Shown: positions 1 to 10,120, numbered from the stretch's first letter. The stretch: 64,000 bases of DNA from Candidatus Melainabacteria bacterium (GCA_963767815.1 CAVYFJ010000004.1:501800-565799); one strand, 5' to 3'. The notes: generated from the letters alone by a model not told the origin. Numbers and translations: made by a program.

Positions 1-95
1 TCCACTGAATAACGTTCCAAGGCAAGCCACTTGGTGATTCTTAAGACTAAATCCTGATCGTCCTCGACTAATAGAATTTTTGCCATATTTGCCAA
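1..95 (-). CDS. response regulator, N-terminal fragment (gene runs off the window start)
   Basis: Reverse strand has ATG at 95-93, then MAKILLVEDDQDLVLRITKWLALERYSV, a classic receiver-domain N-terminus. It lies 36 nt downstream of the kinase stop. Confidence 0.6.
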   Translation of the reverse strand, partial: MANMAKILLVEDDQDLVLRITKWLALERYSV

Positions 96-131
96 TAAAT
101 AACCCTGCGATACCTCATTTATACCCTGATT

Positions 132-1955
132 TTAGATTTTCTTATCTTCTAATGATTGATTTACCGAGATTACAGGAATTTTAAACCAGAAGGTGCTCCC
201 TTGCCCCGGAGAGCTGGTGACACCAATATCCCCGCCATGAGCTTTAACAATTGCCCGGCAGATAGTAAGTCCAAGCCCAGTGCCGGTTTCGGCAGCATTA
301 CCTGAGCCCTTTACCTGCTTATAACGGTCAAAAATTGTCTGTTGAAATTCTTCTGAAATTCCCGGACCCTGATCTTTGACCTCGCATATCAGATGTCCAT
401 CAAACATATGGGCAGTAAGTTTCACCTCACTTTTAGGAGGCGAAAACTTAATCGCGTTGCCAAGTAGATTTATTAAAACTTGCAAGAGCCTATCTTCATC
501 AGCAGCAATAATCGCTTCTTCTAGATTGCGCACCAATTTAACTTGATGTTGTTTGGCATAAGCATTGACGGCATCTTCAGCGCGCGTAATCAAAGCGGAA
601 AGCTTGAACATGCTTTGCACAAGCTCTATTTGCCCGGACTCCATCTTTTCGATAATCAGTATGCTGTCAATCATTTTTAGTAAATGAGCACAATTTCTTT
701 CAGAGGCTTTTAGTTCTTCAGTAAGTTCGCTGGCCGTTTCGGCAGCCTGGCGCCCAGCCAATTGCCCGGCTAGATTTTCTATACGCTTGGCGGCGATGCT
801 TAGGGAAAAAAGTATGCTGTTTAAAGGTGTGCGCAAATCATGACTGATCATAGCGAAGAAATCGCGCTTCAAACGCTCTATTTCTTTACGCTGAGTAATA
901 TCGTGGGCGACACAAAAAAGGCTTTCTTCCATTTTGGACCAGGTGGCTGACCAAAGCAAATCAATAATTCTGCCGTCTTTGCGCACCAATCTTGTTTCGA
1001 AAGTACGGCTCAATGACCCTCTCATCAATTTATTGATCAAGACCATGGTTAACGAATGGTCGGCCTTGTGAAGAACTTTGGTAATCGGCTGGCCAATTAA
1101 TTCGTTGGGTTCGTATCCCCAGGATTGCCGGCAGGCATTGTTAATCATGCTGAAGCAGCGGTTGTCGTCGATGGTAAAAATGACGTCTATGGTATTATCC
1201 ATTATTGCTTTTTGTTTGCGTGTCATTTCCTCCAGTGTTTCAGCCATCTTGTGAAACACCAGATCTACGCGCGCTATTTCATCGTGCCCTTCTTGAGTGG
1301 GCAATAACGGCAGTCCTTTAGCCAGGCGTTTGCTGTTTTCAAATACTAATGCCAGTCGTTGAGTTATGCCTTTGCTGAAATAAATGGCCATCAATAACGC
1401 TAATACTATATTTAGTATCACTGCCGCGTACAATCCATTGCGAACAATTGCCCGCGTGGCACTGCTCTTTAGCAGTCCCTTGTTTAACTCTTCTTGCTCT
1501 TCATTTTCAATGTTTTTCACCTGGATATTTAAATCGCGCTCTAGGTGGTCGATTTGTTCTTCAATCTTTTCCTTGTTCTTTGCTCTGTCTGCTTGTTCAC
1601 GTAAATCAAGACCCCGGTTGATAACTTGTTCCAGATTGGCCACATTGATTAATTGTGTTGGATTATCCATGGACAATTCTTTCAAAGTCTCTATTTTTTC
1701 GCTAATCTCAGACGGTGCCGCCTGCGGGAAACTGCGGCTCAAGGCATTGGCTGTGGCAATGATCATCTTTGATTCTGACTGTCGCCAGACATCACTTTCT
1801 GCTTCATTTAAGAGAGCAACCAGATAAAACATAATAATCAGCACAAATGACATGGGCACAAAAACAAGAATTAGCCCCTTGCGAGCGAGCTTTAAATCAA
1901 CTTTAAGCCATTGTCTGATTCGCCTATATGGACTGTAGAGTGCTTTAAAATTCAT
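132..1955 (-). CDS. sensor histidine kinase (TM, coiled coil, PAS, HisKA, HATPase_c)
   Basis: 607-aa ORF. H-box FFAMISHDLRTPLN, PAS-like segment DNTIDVIFTIDDNRCF..GYEPNELIGQ, G-box GTGLGLTICRAIVKAHGGDI. Confidence 0.9.
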   Translation of the reverse strand: MNFKALYSPYRRIRQWLKVDLKLARKGLILVFVPMSFVLIIMFYLVALLNEAESDVWRQSESKMIIATANALSRSFPQAAPSEISEKIETLKELSMDNPTQLINVANLEQVINRGLDLREQADRAKNKEKIEEQIDHLERDLNIQVKNIENEEQEELNKGLLKSSATRAIVRNGLYAAVILNIVLALLMAIYFSKGITQRLALVFENSKRLAKGLPLLPTQEGHDEIARVDLVFHKMAETLEEMTRKQKAIMDNTIDVIFTIDDNRCFSMINNACRQSWGYEPNELIGQPITKVLHKADHSLTMVLINKLMRGSLSRTFETRLVRKDGRIIDLLWSATWSKMEESLFCVAHDITQRKEIERLKRDFFAMISHDLRTPLNSILFSLSIAAKRIENLAGQLAGRQAAETASELTEELKASERNCAHLLKMIDSILIIEKMESGQIELVQSMFKLSALITRAEDAVNAYAKQHQVKLVRNLEEAIIAADEDRLLQVLINLLGNAIKFSPPKSEVKLTAHMFDGHLICEVKDQGPGISEEFQQTIFDRYKQVKGSGNAAETGTGLGLTICRAIVKAHGGDIGVTSSPGQGSTFWFKIPVISVNQSLEDKKI

Positions 1956-2734
1956 GGTTTTTGCTGATTTGTTTTATATGCAGCTGCTGGAGGAACAATG
2001 CAACCAAGCTTGGCCGCATAGTTCTTCATTTCACTTGTTGAGGTGTCTGGAATCTGGCAAAAATGATCCGCCAATTTATCTCTTAGCATAGATGGCAATC
2101 CTCTCGCTATGCCATTTTCGGTTATGCTTAAATATGCTTGTCTTGCTTCTTTAAGTTGGCCAAGTTCTCTATAAGATGTTCCCAGTCCATCAACCACTTG
2201 AGCCAGGTGAGAACCGATTATGTAATTGCTCGATATCATCATTTTCGAGCGCTGATATAAATCAACAAACATGGCTCTCGCTTCGCGGTAACTGATTGCC
2301 GCTTGATCATATTTTTTTGCTTGCGCTAGAACTTGTCCCACGTTGGACAAGCACTGGGCAAGTGATGATTCTATGGCGTCTACTTGTTTTGCCGGCGCTT
2401 TTGTGCGCTGATTAGCTAATGCCAGAGCCTGCGCGGAAATGGACACAGCTTGATCAACATCAGAGGTGGCGAGACAAACCTTTGAAAGATCATGGAGCGA
2501 AACCGCCTCACGTATTGGTTGAGAATGTATAGGTTCAGCTATTTTAAGGGCTTCCAGGAATGATTTTTCTGCGGTAGCAAAATCGCGCTTACCCATTGCC
2601 GCATCGCCTTTAGCTCTCAGTTCATGCCAGGTTTCAATCTGCTGCTTATAGCGAATAGCGCTGCAACCGTAAAGGTTAAATGTCAGACTGGATAAGAGGA
2701 AGAATATCAATAAATTGACTGCAAACTTAGTCAT
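1952..2734 (-). CDS. TPR-like lipoprotein
   Basis: 260-aa ORF. Signal peptide with lipobox (LYGC), repeated TPR-like helical pairs. Its stop overlaps the kinase start by 4 nt. Confidence 0.65.
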   Translation of the reverse strand: MTKFAVNLLIFFLLSSLTFNLYGCSAIRYKQQIETWHELRAKGDAAMGKRDFATAEKSFLEALKIAEPIHSQPIREAVSLHDLSKVCLATSDVDQAVSISAQALALANQRTKAPAKQVDAIESSLAQCLSNVGQVLAQAKKYDQAAISYREARAMFVDLYQRSKMMISSNYIIGSHLAQVVDGLGTSYRELGQLKEARQAYLSITENGIARGLPSMLRDKLADHFCQIPDTSTSEMKNYAAKLGCIVPPAAAYKTNQQKP

Positions 2735-2799
2735 CTAACTGCCTTTATATAAACCATTTGTAAAATTTGACATTTGGATAATTGCACACCGTCGGAATC

Positions 2800-3012
2800 G
2801 TAGGGGCGGGTGCTCGGTGGCCGTGAGGCATATGAGATATGCCGAGCGGGTGCCACTGAATCCAAAGCATAAATGCTCCGCCCGCTAGCCTGGCAGGTCC
2901 GAGATCCGATCGTCGGAATTGTTCCAAAGCATAAATGCGCGCCATGTTCTCTGCGCCCGTTTAAATTGGCGACGTCCGATAAACTTACGGGCGGACTCGC
3001 GCCCGCCCCTAC
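2800..3012. repeat. REP cluster: one long (~85 nt) REP variant 2800-2885 plus inverted short REPs up to 3012
   Basis: GTAGGGGCGGGTGCTCGGTGGCC..GGCATATGAGATATGCC..GCCACTGAATCCAAAGCATAAATGCTCCGCCCGC, and ACGGGCGGACTCGCGCCCGCCCCTAC at the right end. Same family as about 14 other sites in the window. Confidence 0.85.
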
Positions 3013-3151
3013 GAATTTGACGGGATATGTCATTTCATCCAAATGAGACGGCTCATGTATCGCCTGTTCTATCAGAATTATTTACCCAAGAGCATTCCTA
3101 TCTCAGTATAAAGCCAACCACGCCATTAATTTTGCTTGACATATATGGTTA

Positions 3152-4729
3152 TTACTTTGGATGCGGTAAATTTTCCATCTGCAGGCGAAAAATGGGGTCT
3201 TCGTTTGGCTTTTTGGGGTTAGGGTTATAAGACTTAAATGGGTCGCTACGCGGCGAGATTTTATGGGAACAGTTGGCGTCTTTCCACACGGCGCTGCTTG
3301 GGTTGCGCAGATCAAGGCGAGCCTGGCGTAATTTTTGCCGCTCCTGGTGGTCGGCTTCGGTATCACCTGGTTGATTAGTCTGTTCTTTATAAAACTCCTT
3401 GGAATCAAGACTTCTTCTAATCTTAACCTGGCGCGCATCATCGTGATGATTACAATACCAAAAAGGATCTTCACTTAAGGCTACTTGCTGAGCCCGAGCG
3501 GTCATATCGTCCGGGAATTTGTTGCGCAGATGCGCAGAGGCGTATTTTTGTTGCGATGAAATTTTTCCGTAGGCATGCCAATCGGCTAAACTTTTCTTTT
3601 CCAAATCATCTATTTGCGGTTTTATGATTTGCTTAGCAATAGAATTTGATCCGGCAATTAAATTACGTTCGTATTGGCGACGCGCTTCTCTGTATGGCAT
3701 CGTGGGATTATGGAATTCAGCATAAGCCATCATGTGCGCGTGATCGGGAAGTCTGAGCTCCGTGTCTCTGCGGAGTCCGACTGTTGGCAATCCTGGTCCG
3801 CTCAAGACATACGCTCTCTCTTGTTGTTCAACTTTGAAATATATAGCTTCTGACCGCTCAAGATCTTCTTTCAATAATTCAGCATCGGCAAGCAGCTTCG
3901 TGTCCCATAACTGATCTAAGCTTGTTAACTGACCAACGCGCATCGCTTGCACTAAAGTTGGAAATTGACTCAAGGCTTGCTGCTGATAATTTCTCCATTG
4001 CCTTTCACCGACAGTGCGTGCTGATAACTCAGGATCCGATCTCCGATATACTTCGGTATATTGGTCTATGATTGCCTGCCGGGCATTTTTGGACTGGGCA
4101 TCGTCATCCAAAAGACTTCCTGGCAGCACTTGATCCAAAACCTGATTATAAAAACCAACTACCGCCCGTTCTTTAGGATCCAAAGGAGTTTTATATGTGC
4201 CCTGAAAAATGGCAAACATGTGCTCTTCATAAAGTTTTCTTGGATTAAACTTCTCGTCTGCCCTAGCCTGCTTATTGAAGACTATAAATTTTTCCGGCAA
4301 ATGATGCTTATCACCTGCCAGCGGATGATCGCCCTTTCTCGCATTTTTGTGATCACGATGAATCTCATCATCGTTATGTTCGTAATCGTGATCATTTTTA
4401 AGCAGGCTGGCAATTTTAGCCTTGAGGTGATTTTCTTCTTCTAATTCCTTAGCTTCCTTCTCATTCTTTGGGTTTATAGGTTTGCCATTGCGAGCGAGGA
4501 CTGATGCTAGGAGTTCACCCACCATGTCTCTGCCTTCCTGACATTCATCGTCCATTTCTGGGAAAAGCATCCAGCCGGCTAATTCTAGTCTGTCATCTTT
4601 ATTGAGTGAACATTCCCTATGCTGCATCTGGTCTGTGCGCATTTGTTTGTAATTGTCTTTAATGCGCTTTTGATCAGCATCGGGAACATGGGAAAAAAGA
4701 CGATCCACTTCATCATCCAAATCCACCAC
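3152..4729 (-). CDS. hypothetical protein (charged, His/Asp-rich N-terminal part)
   Basis: 525-aa uninterrupted ORF with no family I recognise. The reading frame stays open upstream to a TGA next to ORF 4788..5054, suggesting a frameshift-split N-terminus. Confidence 0.6.
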   Translation of the reverse strand: MVDLDDEVDRLFSHVPDADQKRIKDNYKQMRTDQMQHRECSLNKDDRLELAGWMLFPEMDDECQEGRDMVGELLASVLARNGKPINPKNEKEAKELEEENHLKAKIASLLKNDHDYEHNDDEIHRDHKNARKGDHPLAGDKHHLPEKFIVFNKQARADEKFNPRKLYEEHMFAIFQGTYKTPLDPKERAVVGFYNQVLDQVLPGSLLDDDAQSKNARQAIIDQYTEVYRRSDPELSARTVGERQWRNYQQQALSQFPTLVQAMRVGQLTSLDQLWDTKLLADAELLKEDLERSEAIYFKVEQQERAYVLSGPGLPTVGLRRDTELRLPDHAHMMAYAEFHNPTMPYREARRQYERNLIAGSNSIAKQIIKPQIDDLEKKSLADWHAYGKISSQQKYASAHLRNKFPDDMTARAQQVALSEDPFWYCNHHDDARQVKIRRSLDSKEFYKEQTNQPGDTEADHQERQKLRQARLDLRNPSSAVWKDANCSHKISPRSDPFKSYNPNPKKPNEDPIFRLQMENLPHPK

Positions 4730-4787
4730 TGCGCCTTTGCATACTTCAGGTATCGAGCTTGTCGCTAACTCTTCAAATTCCGGCTTT

Positions 4788-5054
4788 TCATCTAGATAGG
4801 CTCAATTCAATAGTTGGTACGAGTAATTTCGTATTTGATCTGTCCTCAGTTTTTTCGACCGAAAAGGGATTCTCCCGACCAATCTTTATTCCCAGATTCT
4901 TAAATAACCCATTAAACAAACTAGCCGCATCATGTGTGCCGGCATTCGTTGCCTGATCCGATTCCCCAGGGTTGCCGCCAGATGTTGTTTTACCATCCCG
5001 GTCAATCTGCTTGCCGGTTGCCGGGTTTTGAGAATTGTCGCCAATGCCGCCCAT
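4788..5054 (-). CDS. hypothetical, possible frameshifted N-terminal piece of the 3152..4729 gene
   Basis: 88-aa ORF ending a few nt from where the downstream ORF frame opens. Gly/Asn/Thr-rich. Confidence 0.3.
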   Translation of the reverse strand: MGGIGDNSQNPATGKQIDRDGKTTSGGNPGESDQATNAGTHDAASLFNGLFKNLGIKIGRENPFSVEKTEDRSNTKLLVPTIELSLSR

Positions 5055-5200
5055 GCTCTGATGGCCTCAAAATTAGCTCTTTCTTAAATCTTAGCCTTCA
5101 GTATCTTACCCGTTTATCCTGCTCTTTTCTGTATTTTAGCTTTCTATTTAATGCGAAAAACCGGCACCGCCTTACGACAACAACATATATGACCAGGATC

Positions 5201-5470
5201 GTAGGGGCGAGCGCAAGTCCGCCCGCATTGGAACGACGCACATCACCAAGATCGTAGGGGCGAGCGCAAGTCCGCCCGTTTATATACGAGCGCGCATGCC
5301 GCGCTCCCGTAATCAACGACATCTTGGACCATTGTGCTGTGCCTGCATCGAAGCGACGTACATGACCAATATTGTGGCGGCGGGCGCGTAGGGGGGCGCA
5401 AGTGCCCCCGTAACCGAATACCGTGCCGGTTGAAACGATGTACTGGATCGGAATCGTAGCGGCACACTCT
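5201..5470. repeat. REP cluster (BIME-like) upstream of the RAYT gene
   Basis: Two direct copies of GTAGGGGCGAGCGCAAGTCCGCCCG (GTAG at 5201 and 5254), plus degenerate inverted copies up to about 5470. Confidence 0.85.
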
Positions 5471-5574
5471 ATGCATTTATTTACATAAGTTCCATTTGAA
5501 TGAACTAAATCACTTGTCCTGACGTATATGAATACGTGAACGCAATTGGCTAATACAAAACAGGAGCTAGGGTC

Positions 5575-6087
5575 ATGAATTCTCAATATTGCAACAGAAA
5601 ATCCGCTCGCCTATCAGGCTTTGACTATTCGCAAGCCGGTGCTTATTTTGTCACTGTGTGTTCTCATAACAAAAATTGCATTTTTGGTCGTATTGTTGAT
5701 ACGAATATGCGCTCAAACAAACTGGGGATGCTTGTAGTTTCTGCCTGGAAAGAGCTTCCTCAAAGGTATCCATTTATTTCCCTGGATCGCTGGGTGCTTA
5801 TGCCTAATCACTTTCATGGCATCGTATGCTTGAACGGAGACAATCTCAATAAGAAATCTCTTTCAGAGATCATATCTGCGTTTAAGGCCATTTCTACATC
5901 TCAAGCACGGAAAATATTTAATCGATATTCTAGTCTGTGGCAGCGAGGCTTTTACGAGCATATAATTCGTGATGATGATGATCTTTTTCGGGTTCGTCAA
6001 TATATAGTCGATAATCCTGTTCAATGGGCTGTGGATTCCGAAAATCCGGATCGTTGCCCCGAACTGTTGAAACGATACATGCCCTAG
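5575..6087 (+). CDS. rayT: REP-associated tyrosine transposase (RAYT; IS200/IS605-like Y1 HUH transposase)
   Basis: 170-aa ORF with SD CAGGAG. HUH motif in LMPNHFHGIV, catalytic-Tyr region WQRGFYEHIIRDDDD. Flanked on both sides by REP copies. Confidence 0.85.
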   Translation: MNSQYCNRKSARLSGFDYSQAGAYFVTVCSHNKNCIFGRIVDTNMRSNKLGMLVVSAWKELPQRYPFISLDRWVLMPNHFHGIVCLNGDNLNKKSLSEIISAFKAISTSQARKIFNRYSSLWQRGFYEHIIRDDDDLFRVRQYIVDNPVQWAVDSENPDRCPELLKRYMP

Positions 6088-6092
6088 AAATT

Positions 6093-6148
6093 GTAGGGGC
6101 GGATTGCATCCGCCCGCATATAAACGGGCGCGTATACTGCGCCCCTAC
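6093..6148. repeat. REPIN (inverted REP doublet)
   Basis: GTAGGGGCGGATTGCATCCGCCCG-catataa-ACGGGCGCGTATACTGCGCCCCTAC, starting 6 nt after the RAYT stop. Near-identical doublets at 45820-45876 and 53305-53360. Confidence 0.9.
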
Positions 6149-6183
6149 AATTTTTGAATACGTCGTTTTATCGCGCGGAGGCG

Positions 6184-6522
6184 TTAAATCGCTCGCAGGC
6201 GGTGCTGCAGGGCGGTCACTCGGTGGGTGGAGCGTTTATTGTGGGTAGCGATTGCTAGCGCTTTTTGTTGGCCGATAATTACCACTAGCTTTTTGCCTCT
6301 GGTGATGCCGGTATAAAGTAAATTGCGTTCCAACATCATATAGTGTGCCATTGCTAATGGTATCACTACCGCTTTATATTCCGACCCTTGCGCTTTGTGA
6401 ATGGAGGCGGCGTAAGCGAGAGCCACTTCATCTAATTCACTTATTTCATATTCTACCAGCCGACCATCAAAATCTATGGTCGAGCATTCCTTCCTCAAGA
6501 TCGATACTAGATATGGTGCCAA
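6184..6522 (-). CDS. recD2: RecD2-like SF1B helicase, C-terminal fragment (frameshifted gene)
   Basis: ALAYAASIHKAQGSEYKAVVIPL..LLYTGITRGKKLVVIIG (helicase motifs V/VI). A further frame between 6523-6602 reads KVIQLVNNYDKEVFNGDIGTISSIDLEEG. Confidence 0.8.
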   Translation of the reverse strand: MAPYLVSILRKECSTIDFDGRLVEYEISELDEVALAYAASIHKAQGSEYKAVVIPLAMAHYMMLERNLLYTGITRGKKLVVIIGQQKALAIATHNKRSTHRVTALQHRLRAI

Positions 6523-6602
6523 TATCGCCGTTAAAAACTTCTTTGTCGTAATTATTGACTAGCTGTATTACTTTGTCCCGGCAGGCATAAGTCGATCCAA
6601 AT

Positions 6603-7421
6603 TTAGTTATTTGGCCCATCGCCAGTATTCAAGCGTTTTTGCAGTTCAACATTTAATGCTCTGGCGCCCAACCCGCCTCTATTCATCGGCGTTAAAACTT
6701 GAATATCATTGATTGGATGAAAACCAAATCGCTTTGGAATGCGCTCGCAAACAACGGTCAACAATTTATCCATAATTTCATCTGCTGTTTCGGCGGCAAT
6801 AAAATAAAAATCAGAAAGCTCATCACGTCCTGATTTTACCCCTTGCGCCAAGTCTAATTCAGGCATTAGACCTTGATTAATGCGATGGGCATTAACCACA
6901 ATTTTAGACGCTGCCGCCTGGCGAAAAATTTCAGTCAAGCGTACTGTTGTTATTGCTTCACTATTGATAATATCTGCTAAAACAGAACCCGGACCAACAG
7001 ATGGTAATTGATCCACATCGCCAATTAATAAAAGTGATGAGCGATCAGGAAGGGCTCGCAAAAGTTGATTCATCAAAACAATATCAATCATTGATGCTTC
7101 ATCGACCACCAGCACATCCGTTGCCAGGCAATAATCTTGATTGCGCCTGAAGCCCCCATGTTTTGGGTCAAATTCCAGCAGGCGATGAATTGTTTTTGCT
7201 TCCAGTCCGGTTGATTCACTCAAGCGTTTAGCTGCGCGTCCGGTAGGAGCGCATAACAAAACTTGGGCTTCTTGGGCGCGAAATATCTGCAGAATACTTT
7301 TAACCAATGTGGTTTTCCCTACACCAGGTCCGCCTGTGATCACCAAGTACTTTGTGACGCAGCGCCAACTGGAGCGCATTTTGTTGGGAGTGAGATAGTT
7401 CGATTTCACATTGCTGATCAA
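6603..7421 (-). CDS. recD2: RecD2-like helicase, central P-loop fragment (frameshifted gene)
   Basis: Walker [24 protein letters not shown], Walker [23 protein letters not shown]. Confidence 0.8.
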   Translation of the reverse strand: MISNVKSNYLTPNKMRSSWRCVTKYLVITGGPGVGKTTLVKSILQIFRAQEAQVLLCAPTGRAAKRLSESTGLEAKTIHRLLEFDPKHGGFRRNQDYCLATDVLVVDEASMIDIVLMNQLLRALPDRSSLLLIGDVDQLPSVGPGSVLADIINSEAITTVRLTEIFRQAAASKIVVNAHRINQGLMPELDLAQGVKSGRDELSDFYFIAAETADEIMDKLLTVVCERIPKRFGFHPINDIQVLTPMNRGGLGARALNVELQKRLNTGDGPNN

Positions 7422-8616
7422 GAATGCTTAGCGCTTGATCAAGCTCCATAGCTGACCAGGGTGAGGTCCCTGTATTTAGCCGCTTTAAGTGACTGGCCAC
7501 GCCAATTTCAGCCTGATTTAGCGATTTTAAATAAACTAGCCGCTTGCTCTCTATTTCTTCCATGACTAAATTGCCGGCGGCTATTTCATGTTCAATAGCA
7601 GCCAAAGTCAATGCTTCCGGAATGGCCAGCAATTTAGCGCTCATTTGAGCTAAGTCTTCATAGACGCAAGCGCAATGTCCCTGGTTGGATAATTCTTGCA
7701 AGGCATGCCTGACACCGGCTTGGGCGCGCATCGGAGAATCACTAGGAATACCGAGTTTGCCGGCAATTGTGTCTGCAGTTTTAAAGCCAATGCCATAAAT
7801 ATCCAAGGCCAATTGATAAGGATTTTCGCTCACTTTAGCGATAGCCTCATTGCCGTATGTTTTGTAAATGCGCACGGCGCGCGATGGGCCCACACCATAA
7901 GATTGCAAAAAAATCATTATTTCTCTAATTGCTTTTTGCTCTGCCCAACCCGCGGCTACGCGCTGCATGCGGATCTGTCCAATTCCCGGCAGGGCCCGTA
8001 ATTTATTTGGTTCTTGTTCAATGACTGTAAAAACTTCTTCACCAAAAGCTTTGATCAACTTTTTAGCGAAATGTGGGCCAATGCCTTTAATCATTCCTGA
8101 AGCCAAATACTTTTCTATACCGTCAAGCGTGCCCGGTGGCACAATTGATAACCGCTGCGCTTTAAACTGCAACCCATACTGGCGATCATTGATGAATTGT
8201 CCATCGCAATCTATGTACTCACCAGGTGCTACAGAAGCAGCAGTACCGGTAATCGTGATCAAGTCATGATGCCCGCGCACCTTTACACGCAGGACACAAA
8301 AGCCGCTCTCTTCGCTATGGAAGGTGACCCGCTCGATGGAGCCTACTAAGCGCTCTGTCGCCTTCGGCTCCTCCGCGCGTATTTGGGGCTTCAACGGCGT
8401 AAGTTCTACGCCGTTGTGCACGGCTCCTCGCCGCGCTGCATTCTCGCTGCTCGTCTGTCTGTTCAGCTTTAAGCGCTCCGTCGGTTTCGCTCCGCTCACT
8501 TTCTCCGCGCGTGTCCTCGCTCCACTTTGCACGGCTCCTCGCCGCGCTCCGTTCTCGCTATCCGTCTGTCCTTCCGGCTTTAGGCGCTCCGTCGGTGATT
8601 GAATCTGTTCGTTCAT
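7300..8616 (-). CDS. recD2: RecD2-like helicase, N-terminal fragment (OB/HhH region plus repeat-containing extension)
   Basis: [21 protein letters not shown].., HhH-type [13 protein letters not shown] and [12 protein letters not shown]. The frame breaks near 7335, just before the P-loop. Confidence 0.75.
   Translation of the reverse strand: MNEQIQSPTERLKPEGQTDSENGARRGAVQSGARTRAEKVSGAKPTERLKLNRQTSSENAARRGAVHNGVELTPLKPQIRAEEPKATERLVGSIERVTFHSEESGFCVLRVKVRGHHDLITITGTAASVAPGEYIDCDGQFINDRQYGLQFKAQRLSIVPPGTLDGIEKYLASGMIKGIGPHFAKKLIKAFGEEVFTVIEQEPNKLRALPGIGQIRMQRVAAGWAEQKAIREIMIFLQSYGVGPSRAVRIYKTYGNEAIAKVSENPYQLALDIYGIGFKTADTIAGKLGIPSDSPMRAQAGVRHALQELSNQGHCACVYEDLAQMSAKLLAIPEALTLAAIEHEIAAGNLVMEEIESKRLVYLKSLNQAEIGVASHLKRLNTGTSPWSAMELDQALSILDQQCEIELSHSQQNALQLALRHKVLGDHRRTWCRENHIG
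8349..8596. repeat. imperfect tandem repeat (~111-nt period, about 2.5 units) inside the recD2 5' end
   Basis: GCACGGCTCCTCGCCGCGCT..AAGCGCTCCGTCGGT at about 8418-8483 recurs at about 8529-8596. It encodes PTERLK..SENxARRGAV twice. Locally GC-rich. Confidence 0.75.
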
Positions 8617-9107
8617 CAAGAATTATCTGCTTAGTATCAATTGCTCCTGCCCATTATAAGGGTCAGGGTTGTCTTAAATAATGCTTGGAAAGACTGCCAA
8701 GATCATCCATTTTGCTGGTTTATTAACGAGTTTACGTGCTTAAAAATATTAATTGTTCCAAGATCAACCTTAAATGGGCGAATATAGAACGCGTTAAGAA
8801 ATAAAAATGGCTTGATCTCGAGAATATATGCCAGAAAGCAAAAATATTAATCAATATGGGCTTTATCTCACAAATTTCTCACAATTAGCATTTAACATAA
8901 TAGGTGATGCAGTTTGTCTGCAATATCGAATCCCTTACCAGTCATTAAGTCCTACGTTACATGTAAGATGAAAATGGGCAATACTATATCAGCGGTACTG
9001 TAGATGCCAAAGGCAATTCGGTACAATTTAGGAGAGCAGTGTGCTAATTCGAACGCTTACTAAAAACCGTATCCAATCGCCGCTTAATTGTGGTTGAGGA
9101 GGATTGA

Positions 9108-10049
9108 ATGTTTGGTTTCGGCCGTCCAGAAATTAAGAAATTGCAGCAGCACAACAGCAGGGCTGAAGAGCAGTTGCGCAAATATAAGGGCTCCAATAGG
9201 CGTGCCATTTCGCTCATGCCAGGTCCTGCCTTACGTGATACGCAAGATATTCCAGTTAGTGATCAAACCAAATTCAGACAAATGCTGCTTTCTATTGAGG
9301 CCAATCAAAGTAGTTGTTGCATCAAAATTACTTCACCCAAGCATAAGTCGCGGGGTGCGGTTCTGGTTTTCAGAGGGCGAATAGTTGGTTGCATATATGG
9401 CAACAAGCGGTTGGAACATCAGTTGTTTGGACAAGAAGCGTACAGTTGTATATTGGCTGATGTGAACCATCAAAATAATGCCATTGATGCTTATCTTTTA
9501 AGTGAAGATCTTGTTTTATCGGCTGCCTCTTTGTTTAATGGTGAAGTTTTTAATGCGGCTGCCAATAATAACCCTGAGCAAGTTTTCGAGACAGCTCATC
9601 GTGGATTAGTACATTCGGGCATGCCTGGTTGTATTGTGATTAAGAGTGCTGAAAGCGTGCCAGTGGCAATCATCTATCTTTTTGGAGGCAAAATAATTGG
9701 TGTTTTCTCCCACAAAGATGGTTGGGTGTCTAATTCATATGAGAAAGCATGGCAATATCTCACCCAAAGTCCAGGTGCTAAAGTTTCTGCCAGCATGTTG
9801 GCGGCGCGCAATATAGAAGAGGTTTTGAAATTATCCTTCAGCCTTTCTGGTTTGGACAATTGCCGACAAGAAGGCAATACTGCCAGCACTTCCGCATTCT
9901 CCAATTTTGAATTGAGTTATGCTTTAGTCACTAATTACGATCGCAAAAAGGCTTTGCAATTGACAGCCCCATTTTCGGTTGCCAATCCTTTCATGCCTAA
10001 AACGAAAAATCCTACTGCGCACAATAGTCGCAATATTCTGAGCAAGTAG
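9108..10049 (+). CDS. hypothetical protein
   Basis: 313-aa ORF with strong SD (GAGGAGG 6 nt before ATG). No family recognised with confidence. Confidence 0.65.
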   Translation: MFGFGRPEIKKLQQHNSRAEEQLRKYKGSNRRAISLMPGPALRDTQDIPVSDQTKFRQMLLSIEANQSSCCIKITSPKHKSRGAVLVFRGRIVGCIYGNKRLEHQLFGQEAYSCILADVNHQNNAIDAYLLSEDLVLSAASLFNGEVFNAAANNNPEQVFETAHRGLVHSGMPGCIVIKSAESVPVAIIYLFGGKIIGVFSHKDGWVSNSYEKAWQYLTQSPGAKVSASMLAARNIEEVLKLSFSLSGLDNCRQEGNTASTSAFSNFELSYALVTNYDRKKALQLTAPFSVANPFMPKTKNPTAHNSRNILSK

Positions 10050-10054
10050 CCAAT

Positions 10055-10120
10055 AGCTGCGCTAGCTAGCGCAAGAGTTTACAATCGTTTTAATGTGCGC
10101 TTAACGATTAATATTGTTTA
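10055..10120 (+). promoter_or_regulatory. conserved island leader, copy 1 (palindrome plus promoter-like box)
   Basis: Perfect 16-nt palindrome TGCGCTAGCTAGCGCA at 10058-10073. GCGCAA-N16-TAATGT (10091-10096). Closely resembles copy 4 at 31993. Confidence 0.55.

Noticed and set aside
2731-3042. ORFs from the six-frame track that lie on REP DNA: 2731..3042, 2745..2945, 5098..5586, 5243..5476, 6024..6248, 24189..24371, 38436..38672, 45649..45888, 53235..53549 and 55144..55404.
   Set aside because: Their recurring peptides (e.g. GGAF..LDSVAPAR..SPAPT) are just translations of the repeat in various frames. They have no SD or start context.
5201-5470. REP clusters (also at 2800-3012, 18995-19135, 40924-41079 and 55222-55350) could superficially look like CRISPR arrays.
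   Set aside because: The repeats are irregularly spaced and occur in both orientations. There are no unique spacers of constant length and no cas genes. They match the REP/REPIN pattern and have an adjacent RAYT.
8640-9107. The long AT-rich intergenic region, scanned for tRNA, sRNA or riboswitch signatures. The kdp, pyr and mnmG upstream regions were scanned in the same way.
   Set aside because: I could identify no cloverleaf, conserved riboswitch core or convincing hairpin-plus-U-tract by eye. A covariance-model scan (Infernal/Rfam, tRNAscan-SE) would be needed to be sure.
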